Assembly (NCBI GenBank): GCA_050246315.1
Contig: JBFWWG010000003.1
Location: 1-64,000, forward strand
Source: Nitrospiraceae bacterium
GTDB lineage: Bacteria > Nitrospirota > Nitrospiria > Nitrospirales > Nitrospiraceae
Length of the DNA stretch: 64,000 nucleotides
Direction of reading: 5' to 3'
Every line of letters begins with the position of its first letter. The stretch's first letter is position 1. The notes under the pieces were generated by a model, which was not told the DNA's origin, searched no databases, and saw only the letters and a list, made by a program, of their open reading frames with translations. Below, one piece after another: positions 50,301-59,499 of this stretch. Position numbers and translations under genes: made by a program.

Positions 50301-51770
50301 ATGCTTCGGATTCTCGTTGGAATCGGGACGCTGCAAGGTCTCGCCGTACTGGTGAACTTTGCCCGAACGAAGATCACCGCGCTGTTGGTCGGCCCCGAAG
50401 GTGTCGGCATCATCAGCGTGATCGATCAATTGATTCAATTCGTCGCGCACACTTGCGCCCTCAGCCTGCCGTTTGCCGCGGTCAAGTTCTTGTCCAAGGC
50501 TCACAGCGAAGGCGGCGAGGCGTTCCGCGAAGGGTATGTTCTTTTTTTCAAGGCTCTGTTGGTGCTGAGCTCGATCGGGACGGTCGTCGCGGTAAGTTTG
50601 GCGCTCTTGCGGATCGATCTCTTTCCCAAGGAACTTACATCGTACTCCACGTTGCTCGTCGTGGGGTTTCTCGGCATTCCGGGAACCGTGTTGGCCGGGT
50701 TCTTCCCGAACGTCTTGGCGGCGGGCCAGCAACCCACCGGATCGGCTCGGTTGACCCTGTATGTCGGCATGACGGTCGCGTCGGCGAGTACGGTCGGTTT
50801 GGCGATGGGAGGGTTGCTGGGATTGTATGCGGGAAGCGCAGCCGCCGTGACGATCGTCGCCGTCGCGACGGTCGGCTATCTCCGGCAGATCCTGGGGCTG
50901 GCCGTGACACGATCCTCGGCGGCGCTCCGGGTGGGATTCCACCGCTTAGGGAACGTGGTGTCCTTCAGCATCCTGTTCTATGTCAGCGCCCTCACCTCCA
51001 CCGGGGCGCTGCTGGTCGCACGCTACGTCGTCTTGGAGAATTTCGGCGAAGCCGAGGCCGGTTTCCTCCAAGCCGGCATGGCGATCGCGCTGCTGATGAA
51101 CGTGGTGCTCAATCCCTTGAACGGATTGTTTTTGACGCCGCAAGTCAATCGGGCGAGTTCCAAGGAAGAGAAGTTCCAGACGGCGGTGGAGTTCCAAAAA
51201 CAACTGGCCATGATCCTGATGATCCTCGCGCTGCCGATGGTGCTCTTTCCGCACATCATTCTGTGGGTCGCCTTTTCATCGAAGTTTTTGGTCGTCGCGC
51301 CATACGTGTTTCTTTTCGTGCTGTGGCAGGCCTTCGTCAATCTTGGCGGCGTGTACCAGGCGCTCCTGATCGGGCTCGACGACATGGTGTCCTATACCGC
51401 CTTGACCTGTCTGGGCAACCTCCTGGCGGCCGGCGCGGTGGTGCTCCTCGCTCCGCGCTACGGCGTCGTCGGAGCGGCGATCGGATTGGCCGTGGCGAGC
51501 GCGCTTGTCTCAGTCGGGACCTTCGTCCGATTGCGACTGCGGCATGGATTTGGCTTACCCGGCACTCTGGTCTCCCTGATGAGTTACAGTCTCCTGGTCA
51601 TGTTCGCATTCGGCGTCGTCTTCAGACATGCCGGCGATTGGAACCTCACCACCGTCTTTTCGAAAATCGGGGTGGCTCTCCTCGCGGTCATGGGCCTCTT
51701 GCTCTTTTTGAATCGGAAGGACAAGCTTGCCTTGTCGGCCATCTCCCATAAGATGTGGCCCGGCACCTGA
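50301..51770 (+). CDS. Second Wzx-like flippase (WzxE-like)
   Basis: 489 aa, multiple TM helices; RTKITALLVGPEGVG and GEAEAGFLQA. Confidence 0.85.
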   Translation: MLRILVGIGTLQGLAVLVNFARTKITALLVGPEGVGIISVIDQLIQFVAHTCALSLPFAAVKFLSKAHSEGGEAFREGYVLFFKALLVLSSIGTVVAVSLALLRIDLFPKELTSYSTLLVVGFLGIPGTVLAGFFPNVLAAGQQPTGSARLTLYVGMTVASASTVGLAMGGLLGLYAGSAAAVTIVAVATVGYLRQILGLAVTRSSAALRVGFHRLGNVVSFSILFYVSALTSTGALLVARYVVLENFGEAEAGFLQAGMAIALLMNVVLNPLNGLFLTPQVNRASSKEEKFQTAVEFQKQLAMILMILALPMVLFPHIILWVAFSSKFLVVAPYVFLFVLWQAFVNLGGVYQALLIGLDDMVSYTALTCLGNLLAAGAVVLLAPRYGVVGAAIGLAVASALVSVGTFVRLRLRHGFGLPGTLVSLMSYSLLVMFAFGVVFRHAGDWNLTTVFSKIGVALLAVMGLLLFLNRKDKLALSAISHKMWPGT

Positions 51771-51822
51771 TGCGCGACTGCGAACGGGAACGGCGCCTGA
51801 CCGAGCGCACGAGAGAACTGGC

Positions 51823-52908
51823 ATGATGCGGGTTGCGGTGATCGGCTTAGGAGCCGTCGCCAACAATATTCACCTGCCGGCCTACCGTCGTCTGAAGGAT
51901 CGGATGACGCTCGTCGCCGGGTGCGACGTCGATCCGGTCGCGCGAGCGGCGATGGCCAAGTCCGGGGCATTTCAGGAGATCTACGATGATCCGGTCAGAA
52001 TGCTCGATCGGTCCAAGCCGGATATCGTGAGTATCTGTACGCCGCCGGCGCTGCATGTCCGCCAATGTCTTGAAGCGCTCGAACGCGGCTGCCATGTGTT
52101 TTGCGAGAAACCCCTGGCCGAGAGTCTCAGGGAGGCGGATATGATTATTGAAGCCTCCGCGCGCCTCCACCGCTCGGTTGTCGTCAATAGCCAGTTTCCG
52201 TACATGAACATGCATATGGCGGCCAAGCAGCGGATCGGGTCGCCGGAGTTCGGCCGACTACTGTTTTTGCACGCCTCGCAGACTTTTCGACCGACGGCGC
52301 AAACGGAAGCCGGATGGAGAGCCACGATGCAGCGCCGATTGTGTTTTGAGTTCGGAGTGCACGTCTTCGAACTGATCCGATATTTCTTCGATGGAACCCC
52401 GAACAGGCTGTGGGCCTTGATGCCGCGACCGCAGGTCGGGGGCGGTACGGAATCTTTGAATATCATTGCGATGGAATTTGCAGACGGACGCGCCGCTTCC
52501 ATCTTGCTGGACCGCTTGAGCAAAGGACCAGAAAGATATCTCGACATACGCCTTGACGGAGAACATGCGGCCATGACGACATCGATCGGGGGAGAACTCC
52601 GCGTCGAGGCCGGCCTCCACACGCGCCAGCGGAGACTCTTCGCAGGCTTTCATCTGGTGAAGGGCGGCAAGGCCGTTCTCCAACAGGCCGAGAGGACGGT
52701 CGTCATCGGGAAGGACGAGATGAATCCAATGGCTTCCGCCACAGCCGTCCACTTCGGAAACTTTTTGACGGCTCTTGAGACCGGCCGTCTTCCAGCGGGT
52801 ACCGCAGCGGACCACAGATCGACGCTCGCGCTGTCCCTGGCTGCGTACGACGCTGTCGAGTCGGGGAGGGCTGTGGAGATGGCTTCCTATCTGGGTCGCA
52901 CCGACTAG
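51823..52908 (+). CDS. Gfo/Idh/MocA family oxidoreductase
   Basis: VIGLGAVA, ICTPP and HVFCEKP. Confidence 0.9.
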   Translation: MMRVAVIGLGAVANNIHLPAYRRLKDRMTLVAGCDVDPVARAAMAKSGAFQEIYDDPVRMLDRSKPDIVSICTPPALHVRQCLEALERGCHVFCEKPLAESLREADMIIEASARLHRSVVVNSQFPYMNMHMAAKQRIGSPEFGRLLFLHASQTFRPTAQTEAGWRATMQRRLCFEFGVHVFELIRYFFDGTPNRLWALMPRPQVGGGTESLNIIAMEFADGRAASILLDRLSKGPERYLDIRLDGEHAAMTTSIGGELRVEAGLHTRQRRLFAGFHLVKGGKAVLQQAERTVVIGKDEMNPMASATAVHFGNFLTALETGRLPAGTAADHRSTLALSLAAYDAVESGRAVEMASYLGRTD

Positions 52909-52934
52909 TTGTCGGCTGTGCTTGAGGCTTGTCC

Positions 52935-53996
52935 ATGAAGGCACGATCGAACGGCGTGTCCGCTCGAGCCCAACACCCACTTCGGGTGGCTATTGTCGGT
53001 GCCGGTCTCATGGGCCGATGGCATGCCCATGCCTCCCGTAAATCAGGGGGAACTGTGGTGGCCGTTGCGGATCAGGATCCTGCTGCAGCGAGGCGACTCG
53101 CCGGACAATCCGGGTCAGTCCAGTGCTGCATGGATGTCAAGGAACTGCTCGACCAGGTGCCGTGCGAGGTGATCCATATCTGTACGCCAATGGCGAGCCA
53201 TGAAGAGATTGCCAGCTCTGCCATGGAATCAGGCAGACATGTATTGGTCGAGAAGCCTCTCACGCCGGATGCAGAGGGGACCCGACGGTTAATCCACCTG
53301 GCAGCTCGATGCGGTGTGCTCATGTGCCCGGTTCATCAGTTTGCCTTCCAGGACGGCGTACAAAAAGCGCAACGGCTGCTGAGCGCCATCGGACAGATTC
53401 TTCACATAGAAGCGACCTTTTGCTCGGCAGGCGGAGCGGGCCGCCCGGACCTTGAACTCGACGCCTTGGTGGCGGAGATTCTGCCGCACCCTTTGTCCCT
53501 GATGCAGGTGTTCCTATCGGGCCACACGATTCCGGAGAACTGGGCGGTGGTCCGTCCACGACATGGTGAATTTCGCGCCGCCACCGAGATCGAAGGCGTC
53601 ACGGCTTCGCTTGTCGTCAGCCTCCATGCCCGTCCGGCGCACTGTTCATTTCAGATCCTTGGCGCTGACGGCACGATCCATCTCGACCTGTTCCACGGAT
53701 ATGCATTTATGGAGCCGGGCTCCGTTTCCAAGGCGAGGAAGGTGCTCCGGCCCTTCGATCTGGCGGCAAGTCGATTTGCCGCGGCCTCGGTCAATCTCGC
53801 GTCGAGACTGTGCCGTCACGAGCCTGCGTACCCAGGCCTGACTCGCCTGGTTACGACGTTTTATGACGCGGTGCGGGAGGGTGGACCGCCACCAATCACC
53901 TCTGCGGCGATGGAGAATATCGCCAGAGTCCGTGACATCCTCTCCGTCGCCAAGCCGATTCCTGATGGTCCGCCCTGTGGGTCGAGAGCGGAATGA
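52935..53996 (+). CDS. Gfo/Idh/MocA family oxidoreductase
   Basis: IVGAGLMG, ICTP and HVLVEKP. Confidence 0.9.
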   Translation: MKARSNGVSARAQHPLRVAIVGAGLMGRWHAHASRKSGGTVVAVADQDPAAARRLAGQSGSVQCCMDVKELLDQVPCEVIHICTPMASHEEIASSAMESGRHVLVEKPLTPDAEGTRRLIHLAARCGVLMCPVHQFAFQDGVQKAQRLLSAIGQILHIEATFCSAGGAGRPDLELDALVAEILPHPLSLMQVFLSGHTIPENWAVVRPRHGEFRAATEIEGVTASLVVSLHARPAHCSFQILGADGTIHLDLFHGYAFMEPGSVSKARKVLRPFDLAASRFAAASVNLASRLCRHEPAYPGLTRLVTTFYDAVREGGPPPITSAAMENIARVRDILSVAKPIPDGPPCGSRAE

Positions 53997-54510
53997 GAGC
54001 CCTGTGCGCACCAGGACCAGCCGATCGTCTGTTGCGAGAGCACGTGCAACGGCGGTACTTGCGATCACGGCACCGACGATCGGGGTCTTGGTCATAGGTG
54101 GAGAGGTGATGCTGCGGCTTACCGGTTACACGCCCTCTTATTTCGATGCACACGCCTCCATTCCGAGTCGGAATCCGGAACGACTTGACCAACTCAGGCC
54201 GGGATTCCATGGGCTCGGTGCCGGAGTCTCCGCGTCCTTCCACTCTATGGGATTGCGCGGAGCTGAACTCAGAACTCCAGGGGATGCTCGGGTCTTTGGT
54301 GTGCAGACGGTGGGCGAGGTGCCTGAATCGGAAAGGGCCACGTGTCCTGACGCGGTGGAGCCCTTCATCGATCCCGGACACTGCCCACAGTCGGCAGTGC
54401 CGAGACTCACCCTGCCGCGCAGCTTTACGAGAGAGTGGTCTATCAGGTTCATGTTTCGATATCGTAATGCCCCAAGCGCTCATGGGAGCGTGCGAGCCAT
54501 GGTGAGATGA
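53993..54510 (+). pseudogene. Probable decayed membrane-anchored SGNH-hydrolase-like gene
   Basis: Residual TM segment + EVMLRL, LRPGF and HSMGLRGAE resemble the N-terminus of SGNH proteins (compare NSQGLRSE in 60882-62144). No GDS motif follows, and the coupled ATG at 53993 is out of frame. Confidence 0.4.
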
Positions 54511-54637
54511 GTCGGGATGATGACTGCACAGATGGCGGCCTCTCGTGGGATGGTAGTCCATTATCCCACCACCATAGCCATGACAGGACCTCGGCTCCAA
54601 GCAACCGGCACCGCGACCGTATTGCGAACCAGTCGTG

Positions 54638-55552
54638 ATGTCTCAACTTCATCGAGAAGGGCAAGACGAGCCTCCCGACCTGTCGGTCGTGATCGGGTCC
54701 CATAATGCACGAACCAGCATGAGAGACTGCCTGACCTCATTGCGGAAACAGCGGAACGGATGCCGTTCAGAGATTGTCGTCGTGGACAACTCAACCGATG
54801 GAACGGACGCCATTGTGTCCAAAGAATTTCCCGATGTGACGCTGATCCGTTCGTCTGCCGAGCATTGGATTCCGGAATTATGGGAGATCGGCGTGAGGGC
54901 CAGCCGAGGTTCGGTTGTCGCCCTCACGACCGCGCATTGCGTTCCGGACGAGGACTGGATGAAGGAGATCCTCGCGGCTCATCGTGACAGCACCTACGTG
55001 GGGATCGGTGGGGCCATCGAGACCGATGACTCGGCGAGCATCACGGGTTCGGCGGTGTATCTGTGCCGGTATGCGCGGTATATGCGACCGTTTGAGCCGC
55101 GCCTCATCGATGATATTCCTGCCGACAACGCGTCCTATAAGCGCTGGGCGCTGGACCGTTGCGCGGACGTGCGTGCGCGAGGCTTCTGGGAGCCTGACAT
55201 TCACGCCAAACTCATCGCGGAGGGCCATCGCCTTTGGTTGACGCCCAAGATCGGAGTGCGGCACAGAGGCTCATTCACCCTTGCGGAGTTCATGTCGCAA
55301 CGATTCTGGCATGGCCGACAATTCGGGTCTTCTCGCGCGAGGCGTCTGCCGATGCCGGTTCGCTTGGCCCACATTCTGGCGACTCCGCTCGTGCCCGTGG
55401 TGATGCTGACTCGAATCGCCCGTCAGCTCATACACAAGAGGCGACAGGTCGGACGGTTCGTCCTCGCCTCGCCCATTCTCGGCCTCTTCCTCATCAGTTG
55501 GGCGTCCGGGGAGGCGTTTGGATACCTGCGACCGTCGCCCACGCAGGCATGA
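54638..55552 (+). CDS. GT2-like glycosyltransferase, tandem paralog 1
   Basis: LSVVI, VVDNSTD, YLCRY, NASYK; C-terminal hydrophobic helices ending SWASGEAFGYL. Confidence 0.85.
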   Translation: MSQLHREGQDEPPDLSVVIGSHNARTSMRDCLTSLRKQRNGCRSEIVVVDNSTDGTDAIVSKEFPDVTLIRSSAEHWIPELWEIGVRASRGSVVALTTAHCVPDEDWMKEILAAHRDSTYVGIGGAIETDDSASITGSAVYLCRYARYMRPFEPRLIDDIPADNASYKRWALDRCADVRARGFWEPDIHAKLIAEGHRLWLTPKIGVRHRGSFTLAEFMSQRFWHGRQFGSSRARRLPMPVRLAHILATPLVPVVMLTRIARQLIHKRRQVGRFVLASPILGLFLISWASGEAFGYLRPSPTQA

Positions 55553-56463
55553 GGAACCTTGACGTCGTCCATCGGCCTCGGCTGTCTGTGGTTGTAGCCT
55601 GCACCTGTGAGTACCGGAATGTTCAGCCGGTCTTGGCTTCGCTTCACGGCCAAGCTGGAGCCGAAGGCGTCGAGATCATCGTGGTGGATGGCTCGGGGGG
55701 TCCGCCCACTGAGCCGACGGAGCGCGATCCCTTGCAGAGAACGATGCTCCGATTTCCCAATGGGACCCCTCTCCCCACGTTGTGGGGTGCCGGCATTGCG
55801 CAGGCGCGCGGCGATGTTATCGCCATGATGGATGCGTCTTCGGTTCCCGATGCGCAGTGGATCACCGCGACGTTGGCGGCGCACGAGTCTCCCGCCCTGG
55901 TCGTCGGCGGGGCCGTGGATCCCATTCCAGAGAGAGGTCTGGTCGATTGGGCCGCATATTTTTGCGAATACGGTCGATTCATGCGTCCCCTGAGCGCGGG
56001 GGTGGTTTCTGAACTCCCCGGAAACAATATGGCGTTCAAGCGCGCGGCCCTGGAACGGGGACGCCGCTTCGTCGAGCCCGCGTTCTGGAAGACATATTGG
56101 TGTCGGACGCTTCAGCGGGAAGGCGTGCAGCTATGCGCGGTTCCCTCCATGGTGACGTACGACGCGAAATCCTATCGGCTTCTGCCATTCCTCGTCCGGC
56201 GGTACCATCATGGACGCTGCTTTGCGGGGATGAGGAATCGAGAGATTTCGGGGATCATGCGCCTGCTGTATTTTCTGGGGACACCCCTCCTGCCGGTTGT
56301 CTCCCTCCTGAGAATCGCGAGGCCGATTCTCCAAAAGCGGCGGTACCTTCGACCGTTCTTGTTGTCGCTTCCCGCCTCGATCCTGGCCGTCGTCAGTTGG
56401 TCCGTGGGTGAGTGGTGCGGCTATCTGGCCGGACCTGGGACGAGTTGCAGGCAGGTGCAGTAA
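55549..56463 (+). CDS. GT2-like glycosyltransferase, tandem paralog 2
   Basis: ATGA overlap with paralog 1; LSVVV, WAAYFCEY, GNNMAFK and SWSVGEWCGYL. Confidence 0.85.
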   Translation: MRNLDVVHRPRLSVVVACTCEYRNVQPVLASLHGQAGAEGVEIIVVDGSGGPPTEPTERDPLQRTMLRFPNGTPLPTLWGAGIAQARGDVIAMMDASSVPDAQWITATLAAHESPALVVGGAVDPIPERGLVDWAAYFCEYGRFMRPLSAGVVSELPGNNMAFKRAALERGRRFVEPAFWKTYWCRTLQREGVQLCAVPSMVTYDAKSYRLLPFLVRRYHHGRCFAGMRNREISGIMRLLYFLGTPLLPVVSLLRIARPILQKRRYLRPFLLSLPASILAVVSWSVGEWCGYLAGPGTSCRQVQ

Positions 56464-56489
56464 GACATTCACGACGATATGGTCTCGCC

Positions 56490-57386
56490 ATGAGCCAACA
56501 CACCATTTCCGTCGTCATCGCCTGCGTCAATGGACTGCCGTCGATCCATGAATGTTTGACGGCCCTCGAGCGAGAACGCCAGGGCGTCTCTGCCGAGATC
56601 CTGGTGCTCTGCTGCTGCGGGAACACAACCGCGACGCACATCGCCACACACTTCCCGGCCTGCACATTGATCCATTTCCCCACGAGGTTGGCAATCCCGG
56701 AACTGCGCGCGATCGGAATGGCGCGCGCGACAGGGGAGATCGTCTCGATCATCGAAGATCACTGCCTCGTCGGGGAGGGATGGTTTCGCGAGATTCTCGC
56801 GGCTCACGAGAAGGGGTACGAGGCCGTCGGCGGCACGGTGACGAACGGCAGCGTCGAGCGCCTGACCGACTGGGCCGTCTTCCTCTGCGAATACAGCGGT
56901 GTCATGCCGCCCATCCCGGACGGTGAAGTCGCGGGGATCACCGGCAACAACGCGTCCTATCGAACAACCATTCTCGATCGGGTGGAGGATTCGACCAAGA
57001 GAGAATGCTGGGAACTCTTCCTCCATCAGGAACTCAGGCGGCAGGGCGTGAAGTTTCTTTCCGCGCCTTCGATCATCGTCAGTCATAAGAAGGAGTTCGG
57101 CTTCTGGTACTTCATGGCCCAGCGGTACCACTATTCTCGCTCGTTCGCTGGCATGAGAAGACAGCGTACGTCACGGCTGAACAGCCTTCTGTACGCCTGC
57201 GCGTCGCCTCTGCTTCCCGGCCTGATGCTGTGGAGGATGGCGCGTCAGGTATGGATCAAACAGCGGCATATGGAGAAATTCGTCCTGTCGCTGCCGTTGC
57301 AGGCCGCGTTCATGCTGAGCTATGCGGCGGGCGAATGCGTCGGGTATCTCTTCGGGTCCGGTGACAGCCTTCTCAAGGTCGAGTGA
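56490..57386 (+). CDS. GT2-like glycosyltransferase, tandem paralog 3
   Basis: ISVVI, IEDHC, WAVFLCEY, GNNASY and SYAAGECVGYL. Confidence 0.85.
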   Translation: MSQHTISVVIACVNGLPSIHECLTALERERQGVSAEILVLCCCGNTTATHIATHFPACTLIHFPTRLAIPELRAIGMARATGEIVSIIEDHCLVGEGWFREILAAHEKGYEAVGGTVTNGSVERLTDWAVFLCEYSGVMPPIPDGEVAGITGNNASYRTTILDRVEDSTKRECWELFLHQELRRQGVKFLSAPSIIVSHKKEFGFWYFMAQRYHYSRSFAGMRRQRTSRLNSLLYACASPLLPGLMLWRMARQVWIKQRHMEKFVLSLPLQAAFMLSYAAGECVGYLFGSGDSLLKVE

Positions 57387-58294
57387 CCACCATGTCGTCG
57401 TCCGGCCTCCGTCTCTCCGTCGTCGTGGCTGCGTCGCACTCGCCGGCGGAGCTGGAAGCCTGCCTGGCCTCGCTGAAAGATCAGCTCGTTGCGGGAGCGA
57501 TCGAAGTGATCGCGGTCTGTAACTACGGCGTGGAGCTCGATCAGACGACGAAGCTCCGATTTCCTTTTGCCCATCTCATCGTCGTTCCTCCTACGACCAC
57601 TGTGCCGCAACTGCGGACGCTCGGCATTCGCGCCTCGACCGGCGAGATCGTGGCGCTGCTGGAAGACAACGTGACAGTCGCCTCCACTTGGTCTGGGGCG
57701 CTGGTGAAAGGCCATGACTTTTCGCAGGCCATCGTCGGCGGACCCATCGAACGGGTCGGCCGACATCGAGCCGTCGATTGGGCGGTCTACCTCTATGAAT
57801 ATGGGAAATACATGCTGCCGGTTCCGGAAGACGAGATCACGTCTTTGCCGGGCAACAACGTCAGTTATAAACGAGCCTTGCTCGATACGATTCAGCAAGA
57901 GTGGAGAGACGGCTTGTTTGAAGCATTTCTCAACGAACGGTTGCGCGGGCAGGGATGCGTCCTTCGCCTGATTCCCGACGCGATCGCCTATCACACGAGC
58001 CGCTATCGCGTCGGAGAAGTGGTCGGGCAGTGTTATCACCACGGTCGCCATTTTGCCGGGCGACGAATGGCCGGGTCGGTGCTCCTCACTCGGCTCGGCT
58101 TTGCAGGCGCTGCAATTCTTCTCCCGCTCATCCTGCCCTTGCGGATTATTGTCCGTACAGTACGAAGGCGCCGCCACCTCGGCGCCTTGGCGGCCGCACT
58201 CCCATATTTGTCGCTCTTCTTGACGACCTGGGCATGCGGCGAATGCATCGGCTATCTCTTTGGAGAAGGGGACAGCGTCAAGCAATGGGTCTGA
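57383..58294 (+). CDS. GT2-like glycosyltransferase, tandem paralog 4
   Basis: GTGA overlap; LSVVV, LEDN, WAVYLYEY, GNNVSYK and TWACGECIGYL. Confidence 0.85.
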   Translation: MTTMSSSGLRLSVVVAASHSPAELEACLASLKDQLVAGAIEVIAVCNYGVELDQTTKLRFPFAHLIVVPPTTTVPQLRTLGIRASTGEIVALLEDNVTVASTWSGALVKGHDFSQAIVGGPIERVGRHRAVDWAVYLYEYGKYMLPVPEDEITSLPGNNVSYKRALLDTIQQEWRDGLFEAFLNERLRGQGCVLRLIPDAIAYHTSRYRVGEVVGQCYHHGRHFAGRRMAGSVLLTRLGFAGAAILLPLILPLRIIVRTVRRRRHLGALAAALPYLSLFLTTWACGECIGYLFGEGDSVKQWV

Positions 58295-59499
58295 CCAGTG
58301 CCGGAAGAAGGCCACGCATCGGAGTGGACGCGTGCTGTTGGTCGAATCGCCGCGGCTTCGGTCGATTCACCCGAGAATTGTTGTCGGCGCTCGTCGCTTC
58401 GGACGCAGACCGCGACTACATCTTCTTCGTAGATCAAGACACGGCGCGCACCTGCATGTTTCCTCGCGAGGCAAAAGTGGTGACTGCTTCGACCGATGTG
58501 GCACCCGCTGTCGCTGCGGCGGCGTCGGGGCGTCGCTCGCTAAAAGACATGTGGACGTTGAGCCACGCCGTAGCAAGAGAACCGATCGATCTCTTTTTCT
58601 TCCCCGCAGTCTATTCCTATTTTCCAATCATGAACCGTTGCAAGATCGTCGTCACCGTCCATGACATGATCGCCGATCACCATCCGGAGCATGTGTTTCC
58701 GAACTGGAAAGCGAAGTTCTTCTGGAAATTGAAGCAACGCGTCGCCCTCCTGCAGGCACACTCGATCCTGACCGTTTCGAATCATGCCAAGCAACAGATC
58801 GTCACCTATTTCCGGATACCGGAGTCCCGGGTGGCCACCACCACGGAAGGGCCGACTCATGCCTTCGTCCACCTCCCATTCTCCGATCGGACGGCCGAAA
58901 TCCTGTCTCGCATCGGCCTCAGAGCGGATGAACCCTTCGTGCTGTACGTCGGCGGGATCAGTCCGCACAAAAATTTGAGCGTCTTGGTCGACGCTTTTCA
59001 TCGAGTGGCGGCCGATTCATCTTTCGCCGGTCATAAATTGGTACTGGTAGGGGACTACCAAGGAGACGTCTTTTACTCCTACTACGACGCATTACGGGCA
59101 GACATCGACCGACATGGTCTTCAACCCAAGGTCATCTTCACGGGATTCGTGTCCGACCCGGAGCTCGTAGAACTCTACAATGCCGCCCAGGCGGCGGTCC
59201 TGCCGTCGCTCGAAGAGGGATTCGGGTTGCCGGCGGTAGAAGCCATGGCCTGCGGAACTCCGATCATTTGCAGTGACCGAGGGTCTTTGCCGGAAGTCGT
59301 CGGTCCAGCCGGACAATTGTTCGATCCCGGACGTCCCGACGAACTCGCGGCCGTGCTGCGTCAGGTGTTGGGGAACGAACGCCTGCGGGACAGCATGCGC
59401 GAAGCCGGCCTGCAACGATCGCAGACTTTTACCTGGGATGCCGCCGCGCAATCCACCCTGGCGCTGTTCGACCGTCTAATAGGCAGCCGGAAGCCATGA
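58285..59499 (+). CDS. GT4 glycosyltransferase
   Basis: GFGRF, TVHD, PHKN and PSLEEGFGLPAVEAMACG; start set at ATG 58285. Confidence 0.92.
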   Translation: MGLTSAGRRPRIGVDACCWSNRRGFGRFTRELLSALVASDADRDYIFFVDQDTARTCMFPREAKVVTASTDVAPAVAAAASGRRSLKDMWTLSHAVAREPIDLFFFPAVYSYFPIMNRCKIVVTVHDMIADHHPEHVFPNWKAKFFWKLKQRVALLQAHSILTVSNHAKQQIVTYFRIPESRVATTTEGPTHAFVHLPFSDRTAEILSRIGLRADEPFVLYVGGISPHKNLSVLVDAFHRVAADSSFAGHKLVLVGDYQGDVFYSYYDALRADIDRHGLQPKVIFTGFVSDPELVELYNAAQAAVLPSLEEGFGLPAVEAMACGTPIICSDRGSLPEVVGPAGQLFDPGRPDELAAVLRQVLGNERLRDSMREAGLQRSQTFTWDAAAQSTLALFDRLIGSRKP

